Origin: Afipia sp.
GTDB taxonomy: Bacteria > Pseudomonadota > Alphaproteobacteria > Rhizobiales > Xanthobacteraceae
Direction of reading: 5' to 3'
DNA: 64,000 nt
NCBI GenBank assembly: GCA_016201045.1
Contig: JACQDM010000001.1
Span: 605,617 to 669,616, forward strand
Part shown: positions 1 through 9,877 of the stretch, piece after piece
How the letters are laid out: every line of letters begins with the position of its first letter
How positions within the stretch are numbered: the stretch's first letter is position 1
The notes under the pieces: generated by a model
Seen by the model: only the letters and a program-made list of their open reading frames with translations
Databases searched by the model: none
Told to the model about the DNA's origin: nothing
Position numbers and translations under genes: made by a program

Positions 1-2
1 AG

Positions 3-506
3 GGCTGGCAATTCGGCTGGCTCGACGTGCCGGGCCTCATTCGCAATTGCCCTCACTCTTACGAGTATCCGCTGGTAGACCGCGATCCGGTCGATCGCTG
101 GACTTTCGGCAATGTCACGCTGATGGGCGATGCGGCGCACCCGATGTACCCGATCGGCTCCAATGGCGCGTCGCAGGCCATTCTCGATGCGCGCGTCATC
201 ACCCGCGAAATTCTCAACCACGGCGAAACACCGGCGGCGTTGCTGGCCTACGAGGCCGAGCGCCGTCCCGCCACCACCGAACTTGTGATGCTGAACCGCC
301 GCAACGGGCCCGAACAAGTCATGCAGATGGTTGAGGAGCGCGCGCCTGACGGCTTCAAGGTTGTGACCGATGTGCTGTCGCAGAAGGAACTCGAAGACAT
401 CGCCAACAACTACAAACGTGTCGCCGGATTTCAGGTCGACGCGCTCAACGCCAAACCGCCGATTGTGCCGACGCTGGAAACCCCAACGCTGTCGAGCGCG
501 GGTTAA
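3..506 (+). CDS. FAD-dependent monooxygenase, C-terminal part (5' end outside the window)
   Basis: Open frame from the window edge; contains VTLMGDAAHPMYPIGSNGASQAILDA, the GDAAH..P..G.G motif of class A flavoprotein monooxygenases. Confidence 0.85.
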   Translation, partial: GWQFGWLDVPGLIRNCPHSYEYPLVDRDPVDRWTFGNVTLMGDAAHPMYPIGSNGASQAILDARVITREILNHGETPAALLAYEAERRPATTELVMLNRRNGPEQVMQMVEERAPDGFKVVTDVLSQKELEDIANNYKRVAGFQVDALNAKPPIVPTLETPTLSSAG

Positions 507-1600
507 TTGTCAAGCCCGCGCACGATGACTTTGCGCATGACATTCGGAAACGCCTCGTCCTTCAATGTTGCAATCTTCACCCAGCGCATGTTGTCCGGCG
601 CGCGGGTTCGCGCAGAGACGCGCGTTGTGTAAACGACAAGCTCGAGCGGAAAATGCGTAAAGACGTGAGTCACCACGCCCGCCTTGCGATGCCAGCGTGA
701 CACCGTCTTGAGCGCGGGAGCTTGCTTCAACGCGATCCTGTCACTCTGATCCGCGAGCCAATCTGAATTCGGCACTTCGGTCATGCCGCCGAGCAATCCC
801 TTTTCGGGCCGCGTGCGGACCAGCAATTCGTTGCCCCGCGTGACGACGAACGCCGCTCCGCGACGCAGAGCGCCGGTCTTTTTGGGTGCCTTGCGCGGAA
901 ACGTCTCCTGATCGCCCCGCGCCTGCGCCACACAACCGTCGTTCAGCGGGCACAACACGCATGCCGGCTTCTTCGGGGTGCAGATGCTTGAACCCAGATC
1001 CATCAGCGCCTGTGCGCTGTCGCCCGCGCGCGATGGTCCAAGCAGCGTGGCGGCCAGTTCCTGAATGCGCGGCTTTGCCTTGGGCAGCGCTTCTTCCACC
1101 GCAAACAAACGCGACACCACGCGCTCAACGTTTCCATCCACCGGCATGGCGCGGCGGCCGAATGCAATCGCCGCAATTGCCGCTGCGGTATACGGCCCGA
1201 CACCGGGCAGTGCCCGCAGCGCTTCCTCGGTATTCGGGAAAGCTCCGCCATGATCGCGCAGCACACTCACCGCGCAGGCGTGAAGGTTGCGCGCACGCGA
1301 ATAGTAGCCGAGACCCGCCCACATCCGCAGCACATCGTCGAGCGACGCAGCGCCCAAATCCGCAACACTCGGCCAGCGCGCGATGAATTTCTCGAAATAT
1401 GGACCGACCGCTTTGACGGTCGTCTGCTGCAGCATGATTTCCGATAACCACACACGATACGGGTCGGATTGCTCGCCCGGTAAAGCGCGCCACGACAAGC
1501 GGCGGCGATGGCGGTCGTACCAGTCGAGCAGCAACTCCGCGCGATTGGTCCCGTTATCCTTCGCTGTTTCGGGCTTGGCTTTGTTTCGCCGCGCGAGCAT
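503..1600 (-). CDS. mutY: A/G-specific adenine glycosylase MutY
   Basis: LLDWYDRHRR, VWLSEIMLQQT, WAGLGYYSRARNLH, HhH motif LPGVGPYTA, 4Fe-4S motif CTPKKPACVLCPLNDGC; start uncertain (1600 or 1615). Confidence 0.95.
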   Translation of the reverse strand: MLARRNKAKPETAKDNGTNRAELLLDWYDRHRRRLSWRALPGEQSDPYRVWLSEIMLQQTTVKAVGPYFEKFIARWPSVADLGAASLDDVLRMWAGLGYYSRARNLHACAVSVLRDHGGAFPNTEEALRALPGVGPYTAAAIAAIAFGRRAMPVDGNVERVVSRLFAVEEALPKAKPRIQELAATLLGPSRAGDSAQALMDLGSSICTPKKPACVLCPLNDGCVAQARGDQETFPRKAPKKTGALRRGAAFVVTRGNELLVRTRPEKGLLGGMTEVPNSDWLADQSDRIALKQAPALKTVSRWHRKAGVVTHVFTHFPLELVVYTTRVSARTRAPDNMRWVKIATLKDEAFPNVMRKVIVRGLDN

Positions 1601-1643
1601 GCCTGATAAGGTCATGCATCTGTTGTACGCAAAGCCGCTTCCG

Positions 1644-2123
1644 ATGAACAAGCCCGGCCGCATCACTGCCAAACCGTTGTCCATGCTTCTTGGCAAGGTG
1701 TTCGCCGATGCTTTCGAAAAGCAGGGCTTTGCCTCGCGCGAATTGGTGACGCGTTGGCCGGAAATCGCCGGTTCGGACGTAGCGGCCCATTCGGAACCGT
1801 TGAAGATTCAGTGGCCAAGGGCGGTCGAAGGCCAGCCGCAGGAACCAGCGACACTTATTCTGCGTGTCGAAGGGCCGATGGCGCTGGAAATTCAGCATAC
1901 CTCGGACGTCATCCTGGAACGGGTGAACCGCTTTTTCGGCTGGAACGCGGTGGGCCGCATTGCGCTTCGCCAGGCACCTCTGACGCGAAAATCCGCCTCC
2001 AGCACGCCCACAGGACCGGACGCCGCCGAGATCGAAAAGGCGGCGGCCAATCTCACATCGATTGAAGACGATGGGCTGCGCGGCGCGCTGGCGCGGCTTG
2101 GGGCTTCGATCAAGCGAAATTGA
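1644..2123 (+). CDS. DUF721 / DciA-family protein
   Basis: RWPEIAG...ALEIQH...ILERVNRFFG..AV.RI pattern; divergent from mutY as usual in Rhizobiales; start trimmed from the long track ORF to the ATG at 1644. Confidence 0.8.
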   Translation: MNKPGRITAKPLSMLLGKVFADAFEKQGFASRELVTRWPEIAGSDVAAHSEPLKIQWPRAVEGQPQEPATLILRVEGPMALEIQHTSDVILERVNRFFGWNAVGRIALRQAPLTRKSASSTPTGPDAAEIEKAAANLTSIEDDGLRGALARLGASIKRN

Positions 2124-2226
2124 CGCCGTGGCGCGGCCAGCGTGCCATTGCCACATTTGTGGTTTCACGTTAGCGAACCCACGTGGCGCGGACAAAGCGC
2201 CCAAAAATTGATTTTGGAGCAGTCCC

Positions 2227-2883
2227 TTGACCATCACCCGCCGCGCATTTTCCGCCATTCTGTCGCTGACCGGCATCGCCGCCGCACTCGGCGTGTCGCC
2301 CTGGCGCCTGTTCGGCGAAGCACACGCGCAAACGGTGGAAGAGATTTCCAAGCCGGTGATGCTCGGCGATATGGCGCTCGGCCCAAAGGACGCGCCGGTG
2401 ACGATCGTCGAGTATGCGTCGATGACCTGCCCGCATTGCGCGGCTTTCACGAAGGATGTTTTCCCGAAACTGAAAGCCGACTACATCGATACCGGCAAGG
2501 TGCGTTTCATTTTCCGCGAGTTCCCGCTCGATAAAATCGCGCTCGCTGCGTCCGCCGCCGCGCGCTGCATCGCCAAGGACGACGCATCGAAATATTTTGC
2601 TCTGGTCGACATCATCTTCAAGCAGCAGATCGACCTCGCCAACGACCCGCTGCCGACGATCAACCGGATCGGCAAGCAAGCCGGATTCAGCGAGGCTCAG
2701 ATCAAGGCGTGTGTCGATGACGATCCATCGACCAAGCAGAAGATCATCGACGATCTGAAATACGCAAACGAGACGTTGAAGGTGAATTCGACGCCGTTCT
2801 TCTTCGTCAACGGAACGCCGGTGAAGGGCGAAACGTCGTTCGATGCGTTCGAGAAGATCATCAAGCCGCTCTTGAAGAGCTGA
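2227..2883 (+). CDS. DsbA-family thiol:disulfide oxidoreductase
   Basis: EYASMTCPHC active site, cis-Pro motif STPFFFVNG, N-terminal TRRAF twin-arginine-like signal; TTG start. Confidence 0.9.
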   Translation: MTITRRAFSAILSLTGIAAALGVSPWRLFGEAHAQTVEEISKPVMLGDMALGPKDAPVTIVEYASMTCPHCAAFTKDVFPKLKADYIDTGKVRFIFREFPLDKIALAASAAARCIAKDDASKYFALVDIIFKQQIDLANDPLPTINRIGKQAGFSEAQIKACVDDDPSTKQKIIDDLKYANETLKVNSTPFFFVNGTPVKGETSFDAFEKIIKPLLKS

Positions 2884-3154
2884 CGAAACTTTTCGGCACG
2901 TTTCGAGGGACGTAGAGCTGGTATTTTACGCCCACGGTCGCCACATTGATCCTACTGAAATGGCTTGAGAAAACGCTCCCCCTTCCGTCGTATTTCCCTT
3001 GGGGAAACCACCGGACGCAGGTTGCCCTCCACCGCCTGTCTCGCCATTGTCGGGCAGTTCGAGGCGCATCCCGCGACTCAGTTAGGATGGATGAGCGCGC
3101 TATAGCCTTGTCCCGGCGAGAGAAGTTGACCTTCGCCTAAAGAGCAAAATTCGC

Positions 3155-6100
3155 ATGAAACTGACGCGTCTTCGCCTCCACGGATTCAAGTCCTTTGTCG
3201 AACCGACGGATTTCCTGATTGAACCGGGCCTCACGGGCGTCGTCGGACCAAACGGGTGCGGCAAATCCAATCTCGTCGAGGCGTTGCGGTGGGCGATGGG
3301 CGAGACCTCGCACAAATCGCTGCGCGCGGCCGACATGGACTCGGTCATTTTCTCGGGCTCCGGCAATCGCCCCGCACGCAACCATGCCGAAGTCGCGATG
3401 ACCATCGATAATTCCGACCGTTCCGCGCCCTCTGCGATAAACGATCAGGAGACGCTGGAAGTATCGCGCCGGATCGAGCGCGAAGCGGGCTCCGTCTATC
3501 GCATCAATGGCAAGGACGTGCGTGCGCGCGACGTGCAGATTTTGTTTGCGGACGCTGCGACCGGCGCGCGTTCGCCCGCCCTGGTGCACCAAGGCAAGAT
3601 CGGCGAGATTATTCAGGCGCGGCCCGATCAGCGCCGCCGCGTGCTTGAAGACGCAGCCGGCGTCGCGGGGCTTCATGCCCGCCGTCATGAAGCCGAATTG
3701 CGGTTGAAGGCGGCCGAAACCAATCTCACCCGCGTCGAAGACGTCATCGGCCAGTTGGCCGGGCAAATCGACGGACTGAAGAAACAGGCGCGGCAAGCGA
3801 TCCGCTATCGCGACGTCGCAGCCAAGGTCCGCAAGGCCGAGGCGATGCTGTTTCATCTGCGCTGGGTGCAGGCGAATGCCGACGTCGGCGAAGCCGGCAA
3901 GACCCACGATCTGAACGTCCGCGGGCAAGCCGAGCGTGTTCGCGAACAGGCCGAAGCCGCGCGCATTCAAGCCGTGAGAGCGTCCGAGTTGCCGCCGCTT
4001 CGCGAGAACGAGGCCAAGGCCGCGGCGGGACTGCAACGGTTGACGAGCGCGCGCGAACTGCTCGATCGCGAAGAAGAGCGTGCCAAAGAGCGCGTCAATG
4101 AACTCAACCGCCGTCTCACGCAATTTACTGCCGATATCGAACGCGAACAGCGCCAATTGTCGGATGCCGACGTAGCAATAGGTCGCCTCGATTCAGAAGA
4201 CGCCTCGTTGAAGGAAGATATCAAAGGCCGCGTCGAAAAGCACAGCGGCATGGATGCGCGCGTTGCTGAAGCGGAAGCTACACTTGGCGCAGCGGAGCGC
4301 ACCTTCTCCGAACTGACCACCGCGTTGGCCGATCTCGCCGCGAAACGCACGCAACTCGAGACCAGCATCCAGACGCACAAAGGTCGTATCGCAAAACTCG
4401 ATCAGGAGATTGCGGGCGTTCAGGGCGATATTCAGAGGCTGGCTGCCGAAACCTCCAGCCTCGGCGATCTGCCTGCATTGACCAAGACGGCCGAAGCGAC
4501 GCAGCAGGCTCTGGCGCGGGCGCAGACCGGCGCACAATCGGCTGAGGCAACACATGTCGCCGCACGGGCCAAGCTCGAAGCGGCGCGCGCGCCCTTGTCC
4601 GAGGCCGACAAGCGCCTGCAGCGTTTGGAGACCGAAGCGAAAACCATTTCCAAACTGGTTCACGGCGAGACCAAGAATTTGTGGCCGCCGATTATCGACG
4701 GAGTCAGTGTCGGCAAGGGTTATGAGAAGGCACTCGGCGCGGCACTGGGCGACGATCTCGATGCACCTGTCGAACCGACAGCCCCGATGCGCTGGTCCAG
4801 CATCGGCATTGTCGATGGCGATCCGTCGCTGCCGGAAGGCGCGGATTCCCTTTCGGCTCACGTCAAGGCGCCGCCCGAACTGGCGCGCCGTCTCGCACAG
4901 ATCGGCGTCGTAGCTCGTGAGCGCGGCCAGCAGCTGGCCGCCAAACTCAAGGCCGGCCAGCGGCTGGTGTCGAAGGAAGGCGATCTCTGGCGCTGGGATG
5001 GATTTGTCGCAGCGGCTCACGCCCCGACTGGTGCAGCGCGCCGGCTGGCGGAGCGCGCGCGCCTCAGCGATATCGAAACCGAGATCGAACAGGCCCGCAA
5101 GGACGCGGCCACCAAGCGCCAGGCGCTTGAAACGGCTGAAGCCGATCTTAAGACCGCTGCAGCCAATGAAGCTGCCGTGCGCGAGGCCGCCAGAACCGCT
5201 CAGGGCGAGGCCGATGCGGCCCGCGAAAGCCACGTCGCGGCCGAGCGCGAGATCAGCCGCCACGCCGCAAAGCGTTCCGCGCTCGATGAAGCTCATGCCC
5301 GGTTGACTGCAGACCGCGGCGAAGCCGATGCCGCGCACCGAGGTCTGATCGCATCGCTCGCCGGATTGCCCGCAAGCAACGCAACCGAAACGCAACTCGG
5401 CACTTCACGCGGCGATATGGAAAGCCGCCGCAAGAGCGCGGCGGATGTTCGCGCCGAAGCGCAGGCGCTTGCGCGCGAAGCCGAACTCGCCGACCGGCGC
5501 GTTCAGGCCGTCGCTGCGGAACGCAAGGAATGGCAGTCCCGTAAGGAAAACGCTTCCGCACAGATCGCGACTGTCGAAGCGCGAATTCAGGAAGTCAAAG
5601 CCGAGCGCGCCGGACTCGATGACGCACCGGCGGCCTTCGCCCAGAAACGCCGCGCGCTCATCACCGAGATCGAAACGGCGGAAGGCAATCGAAAACAAGC
5701 CGCCGACGCGCTGGCCGCTGCCGAGACGGCAATGGCGGAAACCGACAAGGCTGCCCGCGCCTCGCTCGACGCTCTGTCGGCCGCGCGCGAAGCCTGCGCG
5801 CGATCCGAAGAACGCATGGAGGGCACGAAGCGCCGCCTCGAGGATATCGACCGCGAAATTCGCGACATGCTCGAAGTCGAACCGCAGGGCGTCGCAGCAC
5901 TCGCTGAGATTGCGCCGGGTGCGGACCTTCCGCCGCTTGCCGATATTGAAGCCGATCTCGAAAAGATGCGCCGCGACCGCGAACGGCTGGGTGCGGTCAA
6001 TCTGCGCGCCGAGGAAGAACTGCGCGAGGTCGAAGCCCAGCATCTGACGCTCACCACCGAGCGCGACGATCTTGTAGAGGCGATCAAGAAGCTGCGGATG

Positions 6101-6619
6101 GGCATCCAGAGCCTCAACAAGGAAGCTCGTGAGCGTCTGCTATCGTCGTTCGAGGTCGTCAACAACCACTTCAAGCGGCTGTTCAAGGAACTGTTCGGCG
6201 GCGGCGAAGCCGAGCTTCATCTGATCGAAAGCGACGATCCGCTCGAAGCTGGCCTCGAGATCATCGCCAAGCCGCCCGGCAAGAAGCCGCAGACGTTGTC
6301 GCTACTCTCCGGCGGCGAACAGGCTTTGACCGCGCTAGCCCTGATCTTCGCAGTGTTCCTGACCAACCCCGCACCGATCTGCGTGCTGGACGAGGTCGAC
6401 GCACCGCTCGACGACCACAACGTCGAGCGCTTCTGCAACCTGCTGCATGAGATGACGCGATCGACCGAAACGCGCTTCATCATCATCACCCATAATCCGA
6501 TCACGATGGCGCGCATGAACCGGCTGTTCGGCGTCACCATGGCGGAACGCGGCGTATCACAGCTTGTGTCCGTCGATCTGGAAAGCGCCGTTAAAATCCT
6601 CGACCAGAACGTGGCATAG
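3155..6619 (+). CDS. smc: Chromosome segregation protein SMC
   Basis: Walker A GPNGCGKSN, long coiled coils with central hinge, signature LSGGE, Walker B ICVLDEVDAPLD. Confidence 0.97.
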   Translation: MKLTRLRLHGFKSFVEPTDFLIEPGLTGVVGPNGCGKSNLVEALRWAMGETSHKSLRAADMDSVIFSGSGNRPARNHAEVAMTIDNSDRSAPSAINDQETLEVSRRIEREAGSVYRINGKDVRARDVQILFADAATGARSPALVHQGKIGEIIQARPDQRRRVLEDAAGVAGLHARRHEAELRLKAAETNLTRVEDVIGQLAGQIDGLKKQARQAIRYRDVAAKVRKAEAMLFHLRWVQANADVGEAGKTHDLNVRGQAERVREQAEAARIQAVRASELPPLRENEAKAAAGLQRLTSARELLDREEERAKERVNELNRRLTQFTADIEREQRQLSDADVAIGRLDSEDASLKEDIKGRVEKHSGMDARVAEAEATLGAAERTFSELTTALADLAAKRTQLETSIQTHKGRIAKLDQEIAGVQGDIQRLAAETSSLGDLPALTKTAEATQQALARAQTGAQSAEATHVAARAKLEAARAPLSEADKRLQRLETEAKTISKLVHGETKNLWPPIIDGVSVGKGYEKALGAALGDDLDAPVEPTAPMRWSSIGIVDGDPSLPEGADSLSAHVKAPPELARRLAQIGVVARERGQQLAAKLKAGQRLVSKEGDLWRWDGFVAAAHAPTGAARRLAERARLSDIETEIEQARKDAATKRQALETAEADLKTAAANEAAVREAARTAQGEADAARESHVAAEREISRHAAKRSALDEAHARLTADRGEADAAHRGLIASLAGLPASNATETQLGTSRGDMESRRKSAADVRAEAQALAREAELADRRVQAVAAERKEWQSRKENASAQIATVEARIQEVKAERAGLDDAPAAFAQKRRALITEIETAEGNRKQAADALAAAETAMAETDKAARASLDALSAAREACARSEERMEGTKRRLEDIDREIRDMLEVEPQGVAALAEIAPGADLPPLADIEADLEKMRRDRERLGAVNLRAEEELREVEAQHLTLTTERDDLVEAIKKLRMGIQSLNKEARERLLSSFEVVNNHFKRLFKELFGGGEAELHLIESDDPLEAGLEIIAKPPGKKPQTLSLLSGGEQALTALALIFAVFLTNPAPICVLDEVDAPLDDHNVERFCNLLHEMTRSTETRFIIITHNPITMARMNRLFGVTMAERGVSQLVSVDLESAVKILDQNVA

Positions 6620-6649
6620 TCGCCTCAGGCCCTCTGGCCCGAGGACTTC

Positions 6650-7636
6650 ATGACGCCCGATCTTCCCGCCGAACTCCGAGTTGCCCTCGAACGCAAAGCG
6701 GATGGCCTGTCGCGCAACGACGCCGCGCGGCGTGCGCGGACCATTTCCGACAGCTATCGCAGCGGCGGCAATTCCAAAACCATCTCGACGGACGAGGACG
6801 CGATCGCCTATGCGCTCGCGCGGATGCCGGCGACCTACGCGGCGGTCGCAAATTGTCTTGGCGCACTAATGGAGGCGAAGCCTGACTTCACGCCGGAAAC
6901 CTTTCTCGATGTCGGAGCCGGACCGGGAACCGCGAGCTGGGCGGCCATGCAGACATTTCCGTCCTTGCGAGAACTGACCCTGCTCGATTCCAACGAATCC
7001 TTGCGTAACCTCGCGATGGATCTGGCGGCGGATAACGCGAGTCTGCAAAAATCTTCGTATCATCGAGGCAATGCCGGAACACGCCTCGCTGAAACGCCTT
7101 CCGCCGATCTCATCATCGCGAGCTATTTCATCGGCGAACTTGCCGACGGCGAACACAGCACTATTGCCGACGTCATGTGGTCGAAGACGAAGGACACTTT
7201 ACTCGTGGTAGAGCCCGGCACGCCTGCCGGGTACAAACGCATCGTCGAATTGCGTGCGCGGCTGATCGCACAAGGTGCACATGTCGTTGCGCCCTGCCCT
7301 CATGACGATACCTGCCCGCTGACGGCACCCGACTGGTGTCATTTTACCCAGCGCCTCGCGCGGTCGCGCGCGCACAAGCAGTTGAAGGATGCCGCTCTCG
7401 GCTTCGAGGACGAGAAATTCAGCTATGTCGTGCTGTCGCGAAAGCCTGTCGCGCACCGCAAGGCGCGGGTACTGGCACAGCCCAAGACAACCAAGATCGC
7501 CGTAACATTGAAACTCTGCACGAGCAGAGGACTCCAGATCGCGAATATTCCGCATCGGGACAAGCGGAATTATTCCATCGTGCGAAAATTAAATTGGGGC
7601 AATGTCGCGCCAGAGAAAATTTTCGCGCCGGAATAA
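6650..7636 (+). CDS. Rsm22/METTL17-like SAM-dependent methyltransferase
   Basis: AYALARMPATY, SAM motif LDVGAGPGTA, VVEPGTPAG, APCPH...C...WCHF motif typical of the Rsm22 family. Confidence 0.85.
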   Translation: MTPDLPAELRVALERKADGLSRNDAARRARTISDSYRSGGNSKTISTDEDAIAYALARMPATYAAVANCLGALMEAKPDFTPETFLDVGAGPGTASWAAMQTFPSLRELTLLDSNESLRNLAMDLAADNASLQKSSYHRGNAGTRLAETPSADLIIASYFIGELADGEHSTIADVMWSKTKDTLLVVEPGTPAGYKRIVELRARLIAQGAHVVAPCPHDDTCPLTAPDWCHFTQRLARSRAHKQLKDAALGFEDEKFSYVVLSRKPVAHRKARVLAQPKTTKIAVTLKLCTSRGLQIANIPHRDKRNYSIVRKLNWGNVAPEKIFAPE

Positions 7637-7707
7637 TTTTTACATCGCGGGTTTGATTCAGTGACGCGCTCGCGTCCATGAAATCATCCATCAGGAGTAG
7701 AACTGCG

Positions 7708-8085
7708 ATGTCCCGTACATTCGCCGCGGTAGCGGCTTTGACTCTCATTCTGACCACCGCCGCATCGGCTCAGATGCTAAAAACCGCAGACTCGTCAAAA
7801 GGCAAAATCTTCGTCGATGCGAAGGGCATGTCGCTCTATACGTTCGACAAGGATGCGGGCGGCAAATCGATGTGCAACGGCCCGTGTGCGGAAAACTGGC
7901 CCGCACTCGCTGCCGCCGACGATGCCAAACCCGCGGGCGACATGACGATCGTCGTTCGCGACGACGGCAAGAAGATGTGGGCCTATAAAGGCAAGCCGCT
8001 TTACACATTCAAAAAGGACAGCGCAGCCGGTGACGTCAACGGTGACGGTTTCCTGAACGGCGCTTGGCATCTCGCCAAGCCTTGA
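7708..8085 (+). CDS. Secreted protein with two repeats of the COG4315 (secreted repeat of unknown function) type
   Basis: Signal peptide; G(M/K)xLYTFxKD repeated twice; CNGPCAENWP; SD AGGAG at 7693-7697. Confidence 0.8.
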   Translation: MSRTFAAVAALTLILTTAASAQMLKTADSSKGKIFVDAKGMSLYTFDKDAGGKSMCNGPCAENWPALAAADDAKPAGDMTIVVRDDGKKMWAYKGKPLYTFKKDSAAGDVNGDGFLNGAWHLAKP

Positions 8086-8108
8086 TCGGCTGACACGCCA
8101 TCATTACG

Positions 8109-8139
8109 AAATCCCGCCTCTTCCAGAGGCGGGATTTTT
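8109..8139 (+). terminator. Rho-independent terminator
   Basis: AAATCCCGCCTC-ttcca-GAGGCGGGATTT perfect stem followed by a T-tract. Confidence 0.85.
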
Positions 8140-8424
8140 GTTGGACGCCAGACCAGCCGCCAATCGGCGAACTTGCCTCCAGACGATTTCTTCAAAGAAA
8201 GCGCTGGAAAACGCCCATCATTGCGGCTTGCGGCGTTAACGAAACCCGCAGGATTAACCCTAACCCGCGCCTAAGGAATTGAATTATCCGTTGTTTCTGC
8301 CATGTTCCGGCTGAAAGCAGTGATGCAAGATCGCCATGCAGGGCGATTTTCGGGCAACATCAGGCTTCAATAGTGTCGTATCGTTCGCGTCAGGCGTGGT
8401 GTGCGTAGCGCGTTAGGAAGTTTC

Positions 8425-9186
8425 ATGGCGAAGCCGGCAGTCATCGTAGTTGGCGCGGACAAGGGCGGGGTCGGCAAGACAACCGTTTCGCGCACCGTTC
8501 TCGATTATTTCACCGCGAACAACATCCCGGCTCGCGCATTCGACACCGAATCGCCGCGCGGAACGCTGAAGCGCTTTCATCCGGACGTCACCGAGATCGT
8601 CGATATGAATTCGACGTCCGACCAGATGAAGATTTTCGATACGCTCAACACATCGGGCAACGCGGTCACTGTCATCGACGTCCGCGCGGGACTGCTGTCG
8701 CCGACGCTCGCCGCACTGCGCGATATCGGATTCCTCGATGCTGCGAAGTCTGGACAGATCACCTTCGCAGTCTTCCATATTCTCGGTCCGTCGATCGCCT
8801 CATTGGACGAAATCGCCGAGACCGCGAACTTCATGGACGGCGCAAAGTATTTCCTTGTGAAGAACTTCATCAACAACACCAGCTTCTTCGAGTGGGATCA
8901 GGCGACCTACAATTCGTATTTCCGCCGCATCAAGAATGCGAGCGAGATCACAATTCCGAAGCTCAATGAAATGGCCTACGAGCAGGTGGAAGTCGCCTCC
9001 GTGCCGTTCCTGAAGTTCGTCGCCAACAAAGGCACGCGTGACGAGCCTGCGAACTATTCTTTCGTGCTGCGCGGCTACGTTCGTCATTGGCTCGGCAATG
9101 TCTGGGCCGAATTCGACCGCATCAAGCTGCCAGAGATCATCGGCACGAAAGAAAAGAGCATTCCGCGCATCATTGGCGAGAACTGA
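8425..9186 (+). CDS. ParA/MinD (SIMIBI)-like P-loop NTPase, function unknown
   Basis: Deviant Walker A ADKGGVGKT, switch I AFDTE, Walker B-like VIDV. Confidence 0.75.
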   Translation: MAKPAVIVVGADKGGVGKTTVSRTVLDYFTANNIPARAFDTESPRGTLKRFHPDVTEIVDMNSTSDQMKIFDTLNTSGNAVTVIDVRAGLLSPTLAALRDIGFLDAAKSGQITFAVFHILGPSIASLDEIAETANFMDGAKYFLVKNFINNTSFFEWDQATYNSYFRRIKNASEITIPKLNEMAYEQVEVASVPFLKFVANKGTRDEPANYSFVLRGYVRHWLGNVWAEFDRIKLPEIIGTKEKSIPRIIGEN

Positions 9187-9204
9187 TCGCCGGACAAAGC
9201 GCCG

Positions 9205-9873
9205 ATGCGCCGCACGCCCGTCTACATCGTCTGCTCGCCCCGGCCGGATGCCGGTAAAACCATTCTCGCGCGGCTGCTGACCGAGTTTCTGCTGCTGCAG
9301 AACGGCTCGGTGACGGCTTTCGACATCAACCTGCGCGAACCGTCGCTACTCGATTATCTGCCCGAACTGACCGAGACAGCGATTATCAGCGACACCGGCG
9401 GCCAAATGGCGCTGATGGATCGGCTAATTTTGAACGACGGCGTGGCCAAAGTGGTCGATCTCGGCTTCCACGCCTTCGACGATTTTTTCAGGATCGTATC
9501 CGAGATCGGCTACATGAAGGAAGCCGCGCGTAAAGGCACCGAGCCGATCATATTGTTCATGGCCGGGTCGGACCGCGCGTCGACACGCGCCTGGTCGATG
9601 CTTCACAAAAATTTTCCGCGCATTCCCATCGTGCCCGTGGACAACGAGCATGTGTTGCGCGGCGCGCTACCGGAAATCTACGAGAATTCACGTCCGCTCG
9701 AGATTGCGGCCCTTCCCGCCTTTCTGAAATCCGTCATCGGACGAACGAATTTTTCGTTCACAGAATATCTGCGATCCACACAGGATCAGTCGTCCGAATT
9801 GCACAAATGGATCCGCGCAAACTACACGAGTTTTCGTGAACTCGAACTGACGCTGATCCTGCACAAAATGTGA
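9205..9873 (+). CDS. Degenerate ParA/MinD-like P-loop protein, paralog of the upstream gene
   Basis: SPRPDAGKT (no signature Lys), AFDIN, VVDL; aligns by eye with the upstream protein over the N-terminal ~85 aa. Confidence 0.65.
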   Translation: MRRTPVYIVCSPRPDAGKTILARLLTEFLLLQNGSVTAFDINLREPSLLDYLPELTETAIISDTGGQMALMDRLILNDGVAKVVDLGFHAFDDFFRIVSEIGYMKEAARKGTEPIILFMAGSDRASTRAWSMLHKNFPRIPIVPVDNEHVLRGALPEIYENSRPLEIAALPAFLKSVIGRTNFSFTEYLRSTQDQSSELHKWIRANYTSFRELELTLILHKM

Positions 9874-9877
9874 AGGG

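Noticed and set aside
1383-1643. N-terminal extensions of track ORFs (dciA 1383, SDR 17231, cca 27083, DUF1285 28403, FadB 52105, cupin 57128, flavin reductase 56596, methyltransferase 60528)
   Set aside because: They overlap neighbouring genes; internal ATGs with SD or ATGA coupling fit better
2160-2176. parS-like sequence GGTTTCACGTTAGCG near smc
   Set aside because: Only the left half matches TGTTTCACGTGAAACA; the right arm is absent
2946-3140. 64-aa ORF upstream of smc
   Set aside because: TTG start, no SD or motif; more likely the smc promoter/leader region
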